Positions 37,523 to 47,569 of a stretch of 64,000 nt of DNA are shown one piece after another. The stretch is from Polyangiaceae bacterium (GTDB lineage: Bacteria > Myxococcota_A > Polyangia > Polyangiales > Polyangiaceae): contig JAXLYR010000002.1 in assembly GCA_046351325.1 (NCBI GenBank), forward strand, positions 752,334 to 816,333. The letters run 5' to 3'. Below the pieces are notes generated by a model that was not told the origin of the DNA, did not search any database, and saw only the letters and a program-made list of their open reading frames with translations. Both the position numbers and the translations under genes were made by a program. Each line of letters starts with the position of its first letter. The first letter of the stretch is position 1.

Positions 37523-37936
37523 ATGTTTCCGGTCGCGACGGCAGGTGGTGGCAGCTGCAGTGCATTCCCCGATACGTGCAAGACCCCTGCGCCCCCGGCG
37601 CCGCCCGTCCCCACGCCTTATCCCAATATGGGCAACTTGACCCAGGCGAACCGCGGCACCGCGTCGAAGAAGGTCAAGATCATGAACCAACCCGCCATCC
37701 TGGTGAACACCCAGATCTCGATGACGAGCGGGGATGAGGCGGGCTCGGCCGGCGGCGTCGTCTCGAGCACCATCAAGGGCCCCGCCAAAGCCCAGAAGGG
37801 CTCGGTCAAGGTCAAGGCCGAGGGCCAGCCCGTCGTCTTTCAGACTTGTCCATTCGGGCAGAACGGCGTCAGCGCCAACGCACCAGCCGGTATCCAAGAC
37901 TCGCCCTCTCAGTCCAAAGTCACTGTTACGATGTAG
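37523..37936 (+). CDS. DUF4150 PAAR-like domain protein (T6SS spike-tip)
   Basis: N-terminus MFPVATAGGGSCSAFPDTCKTPAPPAPPVPTPYPNMG matches the DUF4150 signature (MF.V…G.C.AFPDVCKTP…P.PYPN); 137 aa with no toxin extension. Confidence 0.8.
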   Translation: MFPVATAGGGSCSAFPDTCKTPAPPAPPVPTPYPNMGNLTQANRGTASKKVKIMNQPAILVNTQISMTSGDEAGSAGGVVSSTIKGPAKAQKGSVKVKAEGQPVVFQTCPFGQNGVSANAPAGIQDSPSQSKVTVTM

Positions 37937-37978
37937 TCGCTACCAGACAGTCGGCGAGGGCCACCATCACGCGAGTTC

Positions 37979-38539
37979 GTGGCGGCGGGCTCACCGTGCG
38001 TCTATGGACACTCCGTGCTTGCTTGTGTCGACGTCGGTTATGGTGAAGAGAGCGCGCTCGCGGCCTGCCTCGGGTTCCAGGCGTGGTCCGACGCCGAAGA
38101 GGCGTGCTGCGCGCGCGTACGCATCACCCACGTCGAGCCGTACGAGCCTGGCGCGTTCTACAAGCGAGAGCTGCCGTGCGTCCTCGCGGCGCTCCGCGCG
38201 TTGGATAGACCCGTAGAGGTCGTCGTCATCGACGGGTACGTGTGGCTCTCCGAGGGCGACAGCCCTGGTCTCGGGGCGCACCTGTTCGACGCGCTCGATC
38301 GGCGCGTCGTCGTCGTCGGCTGCGCCAAGACGGCCTTCAGGGGCTCGAGCTTTGCGCTTCCCGTGCTGCGTGGTCACAGCCAGAAGCCCCTCTTCGTCAC
38401 GGCCGCGGGGGTCGCCCCAGAGACCGCCGCCGACTGGGTGCGCGCGATGCACGGGGCGCATCGCATCCCGACGCTCCTCAAGCGGGTCGACCAATGGTCT
38501 CGAGAGTCGTCCCGAGGGGAGCTCGGCCCTCCCGGTTGA
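37979..38539 (+). CDS. nfi: Endonuclease V (deoxyinosine 3-prime endonuclease)
   Basis: [10 protein letters not shown]…[40 protein letters not shown] parallels E. coli Nfi (AGADVGFEQ…[34 protein letters not shown]); true start may be upstream. Confidence 0.65.
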   Translation: MAAGSPCVYGHSVLACVDVGYGEESALAACLGFQAWSDAEEACCARVRITHVEPYEPGAFYKRELPCVLAALRALDRPVEVVVIDGYVWLSEGDSPGLGAHLFDALDRRVVVVGCAKTAFRGSSFALPVLRGHSQKPLFVTAAGVAPETAADWVRAMHGAHRIPTLLKRVDQWSRESSRGELGPPG

Positions 38540-38573
38540 CGAGCTGAGGGCTAGCGTCTATCGTCCTCTTACG

Positions 38574-38930
38574 ATGAGCGCGGCCAGCCCCAATAGCCCC
38601 GCTAGCGAGCCCTGCTGTCCGCCGCCCAACGAGCAGGCGGACCTCCGCCCGATCGAGGGCGACGACGCCGACGAGGAGCTCGCCGCCCTCTCGAAGGCCC
38701 TGGGCCACCCAGCGCGCGTGAAGATCTTGCGCATCCTATTGCGCAAGAACGCCTGCATTTGTGGCGATATCGTCGAAGAGCTGCCCCTCGCGCAGTCGAC
38801 CGTCTCCCAGCATTTGAAGGTGCTGAAGGAGGCAGGCCTCGTCCGCGGTGAGGTCGACGGCCCGCGTGTTTGTTATTGCATCGAGCCGCGCACACTGCGC
38901 CGGCTGCGCGCGCTGGTCGGGGGGCTTTAG
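38574..38930 (+). CDS. arsR: ArsR/SmtB-family metalloregulator
   Basis: HTH block [18 protein letters not shown]…[30 protein letters not shown] with metal-binding Cys pair; heads the ars operon. Confidence 0.85.
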   Translation: MSAASPNSPASEPCCPPPNEQADLRPIEGDDADEELAALSKALGHPARVKILRILLRKNACICGDIVEELPLAQSTVSQHLKVLKEAGLVRGEVDGPRVCYCIEPRTLRRLRALVGGL

Positions 38931-38986
38931 GTCCTATTCCGTTTGGTTAGCTAATCGTGCATCGCCGATAATCGAAAGGGTCTCCC

Positions 38987-39352
38987 ATGTCCTCGACCAC
39001 CATCCGTGTCTTCGACCCCGCAATGTGCTGCTCGACGGGTATCTGCGGTACTTCCGTGGACCAAGATCTCGTTCGCTTTGCGGCGGATCTCGACTGGCTG
39101 AAGAGCCAGGGCCTCTCGGTCGAGCGGTTCAATCTGTCGCAGCAGCCCGCGGCGTTCGTGGAGGACGCGGCGGTGAAGGCCACGCTCGAGGCTCGCGGTG
39201 AGGCCGGTTTGCCCGTCGTCGAGGTGAACGGCGAGATCAAGAGCAGCGGCGTGTACCCGACCCGCGACGAGCTCGCGGCGTGGGCAGGCGTCGCGCCGAC
39301 CCCAGCCCCGGTGAAGCGCGCGGGCAGCTGTTGTGGTGGCGGCTGCAGCTGA
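38987..39352 (+). CDS. arsD: Arsenical resistance operon metallochaperone/repressor ArsD
   Basis: VFDPAMCCSTGICGTSVDQDLV…ERFNLSQQPAAFV…CCGGGCS, near-collinear with R773 ArsD. Confidence 0.9.
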   Translation: MSSTTIRVFDPAMCCSTGICGTSVDQDLVRFAADLDWLKSQGLSVERFNLSQQPAAFVEDAAVKATLEARGEAGLPVVEVNGEIKSSGVYPTRDELAAWAGVAPTPAPVKRAGSCCGGGCS

Positions 39353-39376
39353 CCTCCAGGGAGAGCCCGCGCCGTC

Positions 39377-41134
39377 ATGTTGATCGAGCACCCCACGCGC
39401 ATCCTCTTTTTCACCGGCAAGGGGGGCGCCGGCAAGACCTCCGCGGCCTGCGCGACCGCGATCGAGCTCGCGGACGCGGGCAAGCGCGTGCTGCTCGTCA
39501 GCACCGATCCTGCCTCGAATTTGGACGAGGTCCTCGGCGTGCGACTCTCGTCCGCGCCGACGAGCGTGCCCGGAATCCCAGGGCTCGCCGCGCTCAACAT
39601 CGACCCGGAGGAGGCCGCGCGCGCGCACCGTGAGCGCGTCGTCGGCCCCTATCGCGGCGTGCTCCCGGCCGCCGTCGTCGCAAGTATGGAGGAGCAGCTC
39701 TCCGGAGCGTGCACCGTGGAGATCGCCGCCTTCGACGAGTTCTCCAAGCTGCTCGCCTATCCGAGCGCGACCGGTGCGTTCGATCACGTCGTCTTCGACA
39801 CCGCGCCGACGGGGCACACGCTGCGCCTCTTGGAGCTGCCCGCGGCCTGGTCGAACTTCATCGACGCGAGCGTCGGCGGCACGTCCTGCTTGGGTCCGCT
39901 GTCCGGGCTCGCCGCGCAGAAGAGCCTCTACGCCGCGTCGAACGAGGCCCTCCGCGACGCGACGCGCACGAAGCTCGTCCTCGTCGCGCGACCCGAGCCC
40001 TCGTCCCTCGCCGAGGCCGAGCGCACGCGGGCGGAGCTCTCCGACCTCGGCGTGCGAAACGTCGCGCTCGTCCTCAACGGCCTCTTCCGCGCGGCCGATC
40101 CCAGCGATCGCACGGCGGTCGCGATGGAGGCGCGGGGTCGCGCGGCGCTCGAGCGCATGCCGAGCGGGCTCGGGGCGCTGCCCACCGTCGAGGTGCCGCT
40201 CTTCTCGTTCGGCCTCGTCGGCGTCGAGGCCCTGCGCAGCATGACGAAGCGCGGCGGCGCCGAGATGAAGGTTACACAGCGTACAAGTCAAAATGAGCCC
40301 GCCGTCCTCGCGCGCGGCGGCCGGCTCGACGCCCTCGTCGCGGAGCTCGCGGAGCGTCGCAACGGCGTCGTCCTGACCATGGGCAAGGGCGGCGTCGGCA
40401 AGACGACGATCGCGGCGCTCGTCGCGAGTGGGCTCGCGCGCCTCGGTCGAGAGGTCACGCTCACGACGACCGATCCGGCGGCCCACGTCGAGGCCGCGAT
40501 TCGTGAGCTCGGCGTCGCCGCGGACACGCTGCGCGTCAGCCGGATCGATCCGGCGCTCGAGACGAAGCGATACACCGAGGCCGTGCTCGCGACGGCAGGC
40601 AGCGGCCTCGACGCACAGGGCAGGGCGCTGCTCGAAGAGGATCTGCGCAGCCCCTGCACCGAGGAGATCGCCGTGTTTCGCGCGTTCGCCGAGACCGTCG
40701 CGGCGGGCGAGGATCGCTTCGTCGTCATCGACACGGCGCCGACGGGTCACACCATCCTGCTCCTCGACGCGGCCGAGGCTTACCACCGCGAGGTCCTGAA
40801 GAAGCCGAGCGGCAGCCCCGAGGCCGTGCAGCGCCTCCTGCCGCGCCTGCGAGACCCAGCGTTCACGCACGTGCTGCTCGTGACCTTGCCCGAAGCGACG
40901 CCCATCCACGAGGCGCTCGGGCTCGAGCGAGATCTCGTTCGCGCGGGCATCCAGCCCTTCGCGTGGGTCGTGAACCAGAGCCTCACGCCGCTCGCGCTCA
41001 CCGATCCGATCCTCACGACCCGCAGGGCGCTCGAGGCCACGCACCTCGCCGAGCTCGCGACGCACACGAGCCACGTCACGCTCGAGCCCTGGACCGCGGG
41101 CCTCTCGGTCACGGCGAAGACGACGAACTCATGA
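39377..41134 (+). CDS. arsA: Arsenite-transporting ATPase ArsA (two-domain)
   Basis: Two P-loops ([12 protein letters not shown] and [11 protein letters not shown]), [12 protein letters not shown] and [12 protein letters not shown] signature blocks. Confidence 0.9.
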   Translation: MLIEHPTRILFFTGKGGAGKTSAACATAIELADAGKRVLLVSTDPASNLDEVLGVRLSSAPTSVPGIPGLAALNIDPEEAARAHRERVVGPYRGVLPAAVVASMEEQLSGACTVEIAAFDEFSKLLAYPSATGAFDHVVFDTAPTGHTLRLLELPAAWSNFIDASVGGTSCLGPLSGLAAQKSLYAASNEALRDATRTKLVLVARPEPSSLAEAERTRAELSDLGVRNVALVLNGLFRAADPSDRTAVAMEARGRAALERMPSGLGALPTVEVPLFSFGLVGVEALRSMTKRGGAEMKVTQRTSQNEPAVLARGGRLDALVAELAERRNGVVLTMGKGGVGKTTIAALVASGLARLGREVTLTTTDPAAHVEAAIRELGVAADTLRVSRIDPALETKRYTEAVLATAGSGLDAQGRALLEEDLRSPCTEEIAVFRAFAETVAAGEDRFVVIDTAPTGHTILLLDAAEAYHREVLKKPSGSPEAVQRLLPRLRDPAFTHVLLVTLPEATPIHEALGLERDLVRAGIQPFAWVVNQSLTPLALTDPILTTRRALEATHLAELATHTSHVTLEPWTAGLSVTAKTTNS

Positions 41135-42195
41135 CCGAAAAGACCGGCCTCCTCCGCAAGCTCTCGTTCCTCGATCGCTACCTCACGGTGTGGATCTTCG
41201 CGGCGATGGCGCTCGGCATCACGCTGGGCTTCGTCGCGCCGGGGTTCACCGCCGCGCTCAACCGAATGAGCGTCGGCACCACGTCGATCCCGATCGCGAT
41301 CGGCCTCGTGCTCATGATGTACCCGCCCCTCGCGAAGGTCCGCTACGAGGAGCTCGGCAAGGTCTTTCGCAACAAACGCGTGCTCGCGCTCTCGCTGGTA
41401 CAGAACTGGGTGATCGGGCCCGTGCTCATGTTCGGGCTCGCCGTGATCTTCCTGCGAGACAAGCCCGAGTACATGCTCGGCCTCATCCTGATCGGCCTCG
41501 CGCGGTGCATCGCGATGGTCATCGTCTGGAACGATCTGGCGAAGGGCGATCGCGAATACTGCGCGGGCCTCGTCGCCTTCAACTCGATCTTCCAGGTGCT
41601 CTTTTTCTCGGTGTACGCCTACTTCTTCGCGACGCTGGTGCCGCGGTGGCTCGGGCTCTCCGGGGCCGTCGTGAACATCACCATCGCCGAGATCGCGAAG
41701 AGCGTCGCCATCTACCTCGGCGTCCCGTTCGCTGCGGGGTTCCTCACGCGGCGCGTGCTCGTCAGCGCCAAAGGCCGCGACTGGTACGAAGCGCACTTCG
41801 TCCCGCGCGTCGGTCCGATCACGCTCGTGTCGCTGCTCTTCACGATCGTCGTGATGTTCTCGTTGAAGGGGGAGGCGATCGTGGAGCTTCCCCTCGACGT
41901 GCTCCGCATCGCGGCCCCGCTCCTCATCTACTTCGTCGTGATGTTCGCGGCGTCGTTCTTCATGAGCAAGCGGGTCGGCGCGGACTATCCGCAGTCGGCG
42001 ACGCTCTCGTTCACGGCCGCGTCGAACAACTTCGAGCTCGCCATCGCCGTCGCGATCGCGAGCTTCGGCATCCACAGCGGCGCCGCGTTCGCCGCGGTGA
42101 TCGGCCCGCTCGTCGAGGTGCCCGTCCTCATCGGCCTCGTGAACGTCGCGCTCGCCGCCGAGCGACGTTTCTTCAGAAAGCTCGAGCCCTCATGA
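41131..42195 (+). CDS. acr3: ACR3-family arsenite efflux permease
   Basis: [33 protein letters not shown]…; ~10 TM helices; ATGA overlap with arsA and arsC. Confidence 0.85.
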   Translation: MTEKTGLLRKLSFLDRYLTVWIFAAMALGITLGFVAPGFTAALNRMSVGTTSIPIAIGLVLMMYPPLAKVRYEELGKVFRNKRVLALSLVQNWVIGPVLMFGLAVIFLRDKPEYMLGLILIGLARCIAMVIVWNDLAKGDREYCAGLVAFNSIFQVLFFSVYAYFFATLVPRWLGLSGAVVNITIAEIAKSVAIYLGVPFAAGFLTRRVLVSAKGRDWYEAHFVPRVGPITLVSLLFTIVVMFSLKGEAIVELPLDVLRIAAPLLIYFVVMFAASFFMSKRVGADYPQSATLSFTAASNNFELAIAVAIASFGIHSGAAFAAVIGPLVEVPVLIGLVNVALAAERRFFRKLEPS

Positions 42196-42617
42196 CCGAC
42201 CAATCGAAAGCCGTGCTCTTCCTCTGCGTCGCGAACTCGGCGCGCAGCCAAATGGCCGAGGGCCTCGCCCGCATGCTGTTCGGCGATCGCGTCCCCGTGA
42301 TGAGCGCCGGCAGCGAGCCCACGACCGTCAATCCGTACGCCATCGAGGTCATGCGCGAGCTCGGCGTCGACCTCGGCGCGCACGTCTCGAAGTCCGTCTC
42401 GACCATCGATCCAGCCACGATCCGCACGGTCGTCACGCTCTGCGCCGAGGAGGTCTGCCCTGCGTTTTTGGGCAGCGCGCGGCGGCTCCACTGGCCGATC
42501 CCCGATCCCGCGAGCAAAGACCCGACGCTCTCGCGAGCCGAGATGCTCACGCGCTTTCGCACGGCGCGCGACACCCTCCGCGGCCTCCTGGAGACGCAGT
42601 CGGCTTTGTTTATTTGA
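42192..42617 (+). CDS. arsC: Arsenate reductase (LMW-PTP family, thioredoxin-coupled)
   Basis: [14 protein letters not shown]-loop (CX5R) and downstream Cys (TLCAEEVCP). Confidence 0.85.
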   Translation: MTDQSKAVLFLCVANSARSQMAEGLARMLFGDRVPVMSAGSEPTTVNPYAIEVMRELGVDLGAHVSKSVSTIDPATIRTVVTLCAEEVCPAFLGSARRLHWPIPDPASKDPTLSRAEMLTRFRTARDTLRGLLETQSALFI

Positions 42618-42712
42618 TCCACTCTTCAGCGCTCGGCTCGGCCCTCGCTCGTGGGTGCCGCCCTCGTCGCTCTTGTGCGAGCCGCGTCGCCGTTGCACGA
42701 AGCGGCATCGCC

Positions 42713-43831
42713 ATGCGCACCCTGTCGAAGAGCCTCTCCGCCGCCGCGCTCTTGTTCTTCTCGGCCTGCTCCGACGACGCGACGACGGGCGGCGCGGGCG
42801 GCGCGGGGGCGGCCGCGGGCGCGCCCTCGCAGGGCGGCTCGAGCGCGGGCGGCTCGAGCGCGGGCGGCACCGCGAACGCGGGCGGCGCTGGCGCGAGCAG
42901 CGTGGGCGGCGACGCGCAGGGCGGCGCCCTCCAAGGCGGCGCGAGCTCCGGTGGCGCGGCCCCCATGGGTGGTAGCGGCGGCGGCGGTCCCACCGTCGAG
43001 GACCCCGGCCTCATGACCTCGGACGCCCGCATCTACACGACCGACGGCACCGAGTACGTCATCGACGAGGTCGGCGACGCCTTCTCGCACGCGGCCGCGA
43101 CCGCGAGCGACAACCTCGTCTTCTACGTCCACGGGCGCGGCTGCGGCGGGAACGGCGAGCCCGACAAGTCGCTCGGCGACAGCATGCCGGCGATGGAAGC
43201 CGACTATTCGGCGCGCGTGATCATGTTCAATTGGCAGGGCTCGGACGTCGGCTGTCCGCTCGGCTTCCCCGAGGACGAGGCGCGCGCCGCCGGGCCAGCG
43301 TTCGCCCACACCCTCGAGAAGCTGGCTTACTATCGTGTAACCCATCCCGGCGCGCTGACAGGGCTGAAGGTCACCCTCATCACGCACAGCATGGGCAGCC
43401 TCGTCCTCGAGTCGGCGACTGGCTCCGGCCCATTGCCTACAGGATTGTTCGATACGGTGGTGCTCAACGCGGCGGCCTCGGCCCGCGCGGGCCACGCCGC
43501 GTGGGTCGCGCTCGTCCCGCTCTCGGCGGCGCTCTACGTCACCGAGAACGACGACGACAACATCCTCACGGCGGCGTCGGTGCTCGGCGGGGTCCGTCTC
43601 GGCAAGAACGTCGACGGCGAGCCGCTCGCGAGCAACGCGGCCTACGTCGACTTCACCGCGTCGTCAGTGAACCACGCGTATTACGTGCACGGCGGGCAGG
43701 ACGGCGCGCACATGACCGCTTTCTACGACGCTGTCATGAACGGCCTGCCGTTCGACTTCGCGCAGGCCGCGGGCATCGCGTCGGTCGAGAGCCGCGACGG
43801 CACGGCGATCTATTCGTTCGACGGCAACTGA
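42713..43831 (+). CDS. Alpha/beta-hydrolase-fold lipoprotein (esterase/lipase-like) with Gly-rich linker
   Basis: Lipobox LLFFSACSDD; nucleophile elbow ITHSMGSLV; YVHGRGCGGNG oxyanion region. Confidence 0.55.
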   Translation: MRTLSKSLSAAALLFFSACSDDATTGGAGGAGAAAGAPSQGGSSAGGSSAGGTANAGGAGASSVGGDAQGGALQGGASSGGAAPMGGSGGGGPTVEDPGLMTSDARIYTTDGTEYVIDEVGDAFSHAAATASDNLVFYVHGRGCGGNGEPDKSLGDSMPAMEADYSARVIMFNWQGSDVGCPLGFPEDEARAAGPAFAHTLEKLAYYRVTHPGALTGLKVTLITHSMGSLVLESATGSGPLPTGLFDTVVLNAAASARAGHAAWVALVPLSAALYVTENDDDNILTAASVLGGVRLGKNVDGEPLASNAAYVDFTASSVNHAYYVHGGQDGAHMTAFYDAVMNGLPFDFAQAAGIASVESRDGTAIYSFDGN

Positions 43832-43862
43832 GCGGTAAGAGCGGACAGCGCTGTAAGCGAAC

Positions 43863-44435
43863 TCAGTGCGTCTCGGTGCCCGGCGGGTCGTCGGTCACGA
43901 CGGGCTTCGTCAGGTCGATGTGCACGATGCCGATGGGGTCGCCCTGGAATTGCTTGGCCACGTCGATCCGATCGGCGACCGGCCCCGCGTATTCGCTCGC
44001 GGCGGTGCTCTCGATGACGGCGTAGTCGGAGTCGAGGGGCAAGAGCCCCTCCATCGTCTCGAGGCACGACACTGCTCCTGCCTCGAGCGTGCAGTCCGCG
44101 GTCCCCGGCGGACCCGAGAGCGTGGCCGTCGCGCCGTCGACTGGGCCCGAGAAGCGCACCCGGACCTTCTTTCCGACGAGGCCGAGCGGCAGATCGTACT
44201 CGAGCGTCGCGACGCCGTTCGCGACCGTCCAATTGATCTCCGCGACGGTGTAGGTCGCCGCGGCCTCGAGCTCGGGTGGAACCGGGACCTCGTAGGTGCC
44301 GGCGTAGGTCGCGGGCTGCGCAGCGCCGCCGCCGGCGCCGCCCGTGTCCGTCGTGTCCGTCTCGCCTGTGGTGCAGCCGAGCCCGAAGGCCACGCTCACC
44401 ACCGCCACCGACATTCCAACCAAGAGACGCTTCAT
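43863..44435 (-). CDS. Lipoprotein, unknown function
   Basis: MKRLLVGMSVAVVSVAFGLGCTTGETD lipobox. Confidence 0.5.
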   Translation of the reverse strand: MKRLLVGMSVAVVSVAFGLGCTTGETDTTDTGGAGGGAAQPATYAGTYEVPVPPELEAAATYTVAEINWTVANGVATLEYDLPLGLVGKKVRVRFSGPVDGATATLSGPPGTADCTLEAGAVSCLETMEGLLPLDSDYAVIESTAASEYAGPVADRIDVAKQFQGDPIGIVHIDLTKPVVTDDPPGTETH

Positions 44436-44470
44436 CGCTCCCTCGCAAACTTGGGCTTAGCACACCGCTC

Positions 44471-44890
44471 TCAGGCACCCTTGCCGTGATCGTCAGCGCC
44501 GCCCGCACCAGCACCGTTGTCGTCCGCGCCGCCGATCCCATCGTCGCTCCCGCCTTGGCCGTTGTCGTCCGCGCCGCCGACGCCATCATCGCCACCCACG
44601 CCATCGTCTGCGCCGTGCGGCTTGCAGAACGTGCCCTCGTGCTCCGTCTCGAGCTCGTAGCCCGCGGGGCACTCGCCGTTCGCCGCGGCCTCTTCGTCGT
44701 GGGACACGCAGAACGAGGTGTCGACGCCGTGCTCGGTCTCCTCTTCGCACTCGAACCCGCTCGGGCAGTCCGTGTCTTGCGCGCAGCGCACGTCGAGCAC
44801 GACGGCGTCGGCGGTCGAGCTGACGTCGCTCGACTGGCAAGCAACGAGGACGAGGGAGAGGGTTCCAAAGAGCAGGCCAATCTTCTTCAT
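44471..44890 (-). CDS. Small Cys-rich lipoprotein with C-terminal Asp/Gly-rich repeats (DDGVGG/ADDNG)
   Basis: MKKIGLLFGTLSLVLVACQSSD lipobox; 8 Cys in paired CxxG contexts; C-terminal DDGVGGDDGVGGADDNGQGGSDDGIGGADDNGAGAGGADDHG. Confidence 0.5.
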   Translation of the reverse strand: MKKIGLLFGTLSLVLVACQSSDVSSTADAVVLDVRCAQDTDCPSGFECEEETEHGVDTSFCVSHDEEAAANGECPAGYELETEHEGTFCKPHGADDGVGGDDGVGGADDNGQGGSDDGIGGADDNGAGAGGADDHGKGA

Positions 44891-45057
44891 GGGATGTGTT
44901 CTCCGTTCTTCGGCGCCGCGGTTTCGAGCGGCGTCGTCTGTGAGAACGAAGATGGATCCGGCCCCCGCGACATACGAGTTTCGCGCCGTGACCGCGTGAC
45001 GGGATCGTGACGGGATTCTCTCTTCTAGCCTGCAAAATAAGCTAGAATCGCGTTGTC

Positions 45058-46147
45058 TTGAGCGCCAAGAAAGAGCCCGCGTCGACGCCGCTCGTTGGCG
45101 AGACGCGCGCCGCGCGCGACTTCTACGCGGGCTCCTACGCCAAGGTCGTCGCCGAGACGGTGGACGCGCCGACCATGGCGGTCGACGACGCCGACATCGC
45201 CTTCGCGGTCGGCGCGCTCACGTTCCTCGGGCGCGTCGACGAAGCGCAGACTCTGTTCGATGGCTTTCGAGAGGCTTCGGTCGAGCCGAGCGATCGCACC
45301 GTCGCGGCGTCGCGCTTCTTCCTCGGCGTCGCGTACGCACGCGCGGGCGACTTCGCGGCGGCGGCGCGCTACCTCGCCGAGGGCGCGCTCGGGCGCGCGC
45401 GCGTCGCCGACGCGTGGTCGCGATCGTTCGTGTTTCAAGGGCTCGCCGCGCATCGCTACTTCACGGGGCACCACCGCAAGGCCGCGCACCACGCGCTGCG
45501 AGCGCAGCGCGCGGCGCAGGTCGCGCGCTTCTCGTACGTGCAGATGCTCGCGACCGATCTGCGCGGACACGCGCTCGTGCAGCTCGGTCGCTTCCAAGCG
45601 GGGACGGCGCTGCTCGAGCAGGCGCGTGGCTTCGCCGAGCGCCTCGGCTTCGGGATGAACGCCCACGCGATCGCCTGCTCGATCGCGATCTACAAGGCGA
45701 AATTCAAGGTCTCCGCGGACGCGCTCGCCGGCCTCGAGGCGCTCCTCGCGCGGCGCTCGCACGACTCCTACTCGAAGCGCATGCTCCTCGCGCAGTCCGC
45801 GATCCAATACGCCCTGCGCGGTCGCGCTCGCGAGGCTCGACAGGCCCTCGCGCAGGCCGACGAGGACGCGCTCCGCGTCGACGGGCGCCGCGCGAAGGTC
45901 GCGAGCCTGCTCGCGCGCCTCTACGATCGCGCGCTTCTCGGAGGGGCGCGCGCCGCGACCGCGGACGCGCTCGCGCACGCGCGCGATCTCACCGAGCACG
46001 GGGACGTGTCTTTCGAGCGCGATCTGCGACCGTTCCCGGCTCTTCGTCGCGGGCGCGCCCGATGCACGGCCTCGCGCGCGCCGGCGTTCGCAGAGGACGA
46101 GATCGCGCCCGTGCTCGAGGCCGCGCTCCGGCGCGACGAGCATCGTC
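45058..46147 (+). CDS. Helical (TPR-like) regulatory N-terminal region; probably the 5-prime part of a single gene continued in another frame at 46148
   Basis: Ala/Arg/Leu-rich helical repeats; in-frame translation becomes Arg/Pro junk after ~46140 while the +1 frame becomes protein-like. Confidence 0.35.
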
Positions 46148-46792
46148 GTGCGCTTGCTCGCGGCCGGTCTGCTCGGCCCGATCCCCGAGGTGCTCGGGCT
46201 CGCGCCGGGCCAGCGCATCACGATCCTGAGCCGCGACGACACGCTCCTCATCGAGGACTCGGGCGATCTCTGGGCGCGCCCCAACCCTCCGAGGTGGGCC
46301 GCGACGCTGCTCGCCGCGCTCGCGCGTGGCGCGACCAAGGAGGCCATCGTCGCGGCGCTCTGGGGGCTGCGCCGCTACCACCCCGACAAACACGACCCGC
46401 TCGTGCGCACGACCATCCACCGCCTGCGCGCGCTCCTCGAGCCGCGCGCGTCGTGGATCACCGTGACCCCGTCAGGCTACGGCCTCGCGGTCGAGCTCGT
46501 CGTGACGGGTGCGCCCACGGGCGCGGAGCCTCGTGAGCTTCGTTGGCTCGAGGACGACAGCCTCGAGGTCGAGGCCGCGGCAGTGCCCCCGCCCGCGCGC
46601 TCACACGCGGCCTCGATCGACGAGCGCGTGCTCTTCGTCGTCGTGCGAGACGGGCCCGTCTCGGTGCCCGAGATCGCGCGCGCGCTCGAGACCTCGGAGA
46701 GCACGGCGCTCCGGGCGCTGCGGCGGCTCGTGCGATCGAAGAAGGTCGCGCGGGTCGGGGAGGCGCGCGCGACCTATCGACCGCGGCGATAG
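46148..46792 (+). CDS. Winged-helix DNA-binding region (two wHTH-like segments), likely C-terminal part of the 45058 gene
   Basis: LWGLRRYHPDKHDPLVRTTIHRLRALLE (OmpR/SARP-type trans_reg_C-like) and VVRDGPVSVPEIARALETSESTALRALRRLVRSKKVARVG (MarR/wHTH-like). Confidence 0.4.
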   Translation: MRLLAAGLLGPIPEVLGLAPGQRITILSRDDTLLIEDSGDLWARPNPPRWAATLLAALARGATKEAIVAALWGLRRYHPDKHDPLVRTTIHRLRALLEPRASWITVTPSGYGLAVELVVTGAPTGAEPRELRWLEDDSLEVEAAAVPPPARSHAASIDERVLFVVVRDGPVSVPEIARALETSESTALRALRRLVRSKKVARVGEARATYRPRR

Positions 46793-46804
46793 GCTTGCCA
46801 ATTG

Positions 46805-47405
46805 TCAGCTAGTGGGCGCCTGATCGAAGCGATACTCGGTGTCGTGCGCCGAGGCGCGCGCGCCGAACGGGCCGGCGCCATCAGTGAGCCGAGCGGGGAA
46901 TGGGCACGCCTCGAAGGCGGAGCTGGACGACGAGGCGGTAGAGGCGCGACATCGAGCCGAGCATGCCGGCGGCGCCGAGGCGGCGCCGGCATCGTCGAGC
47001 ATCGACCAATGGCGAGCTCGGCGACCACCGGTGCACGAGGAGCGTTCGGCGGCATGGACCAGCGCCGCACCGCGACGAGCGACGACCTCGGCGCCGCTGC
47101 CGGACGACTCCTCTCGGCGTTCGCCGACCGGCGCGATTCGCGTGTCGCCGGCCACGACGCCGCGACGCCGCAGCGGCGGCACGGCAGGCCCTGTTCGCCG
47201 CCGAAGGCCGCGCCAGGTCGACGAGGATGGGGATCTTGAGCGCGGGGTTCTCGCCGTACGCGGCCGTGTCGAGCGAGGCGAGGTCGAAGACGGGGCGAAA
47301 GACGGTCGCGACGCCGAGCTCGTGCGCGAAGACGCGCGTGAGCCGCGTGAAATGGGAGCTGCTCCGGCCGATCAGGGTGGGGACAGGCGAGTTCACGCGG
47401 GCCAT
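46805..47405 (-). pseudogene. Glutathione S-transferase-like gene disrupted by frameshifts
   Basis: First ~70 codons from ATG 47405 read as a GST N-domain (PTLIGRSSSHFTRLTRVFAHELGV…ENPALKIPILVD), then Arg-rich junk; protein-like segments continue in other frames. Confidence 0.3.
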
Positions 47406-47569
47406 CGTAGGGGGGCCTCGTCGAGCGCGACGCGTACAGTTCTGTCACTGCAGCAGCAGCACAGTCGGGGCGACGGCGGCCTCGTGCTGCGATCGGCAGC
47501 GTCCGACCGCGCAGCTCGGACTTTATTTGATGCCTACGAACCTGCGATTCGTAGAACTAGGATTCCGCC

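Noticed and set aside
14188-37936. Complete type VI secretion system
   Set aside because: Only spike (VgrG x2), PAAR-like and adaptor-type genes are present. No TssB/TssC sheath, Hcp, TssM/TssL, baseplate or ClpV genes occur in the 64-kb window. These are treated as orphan vgrG islands.
38951-41074. 707-aa minus-strand ORF
   Set aside because: Antisense to arsD and arsA, which have unambiguous motif support.
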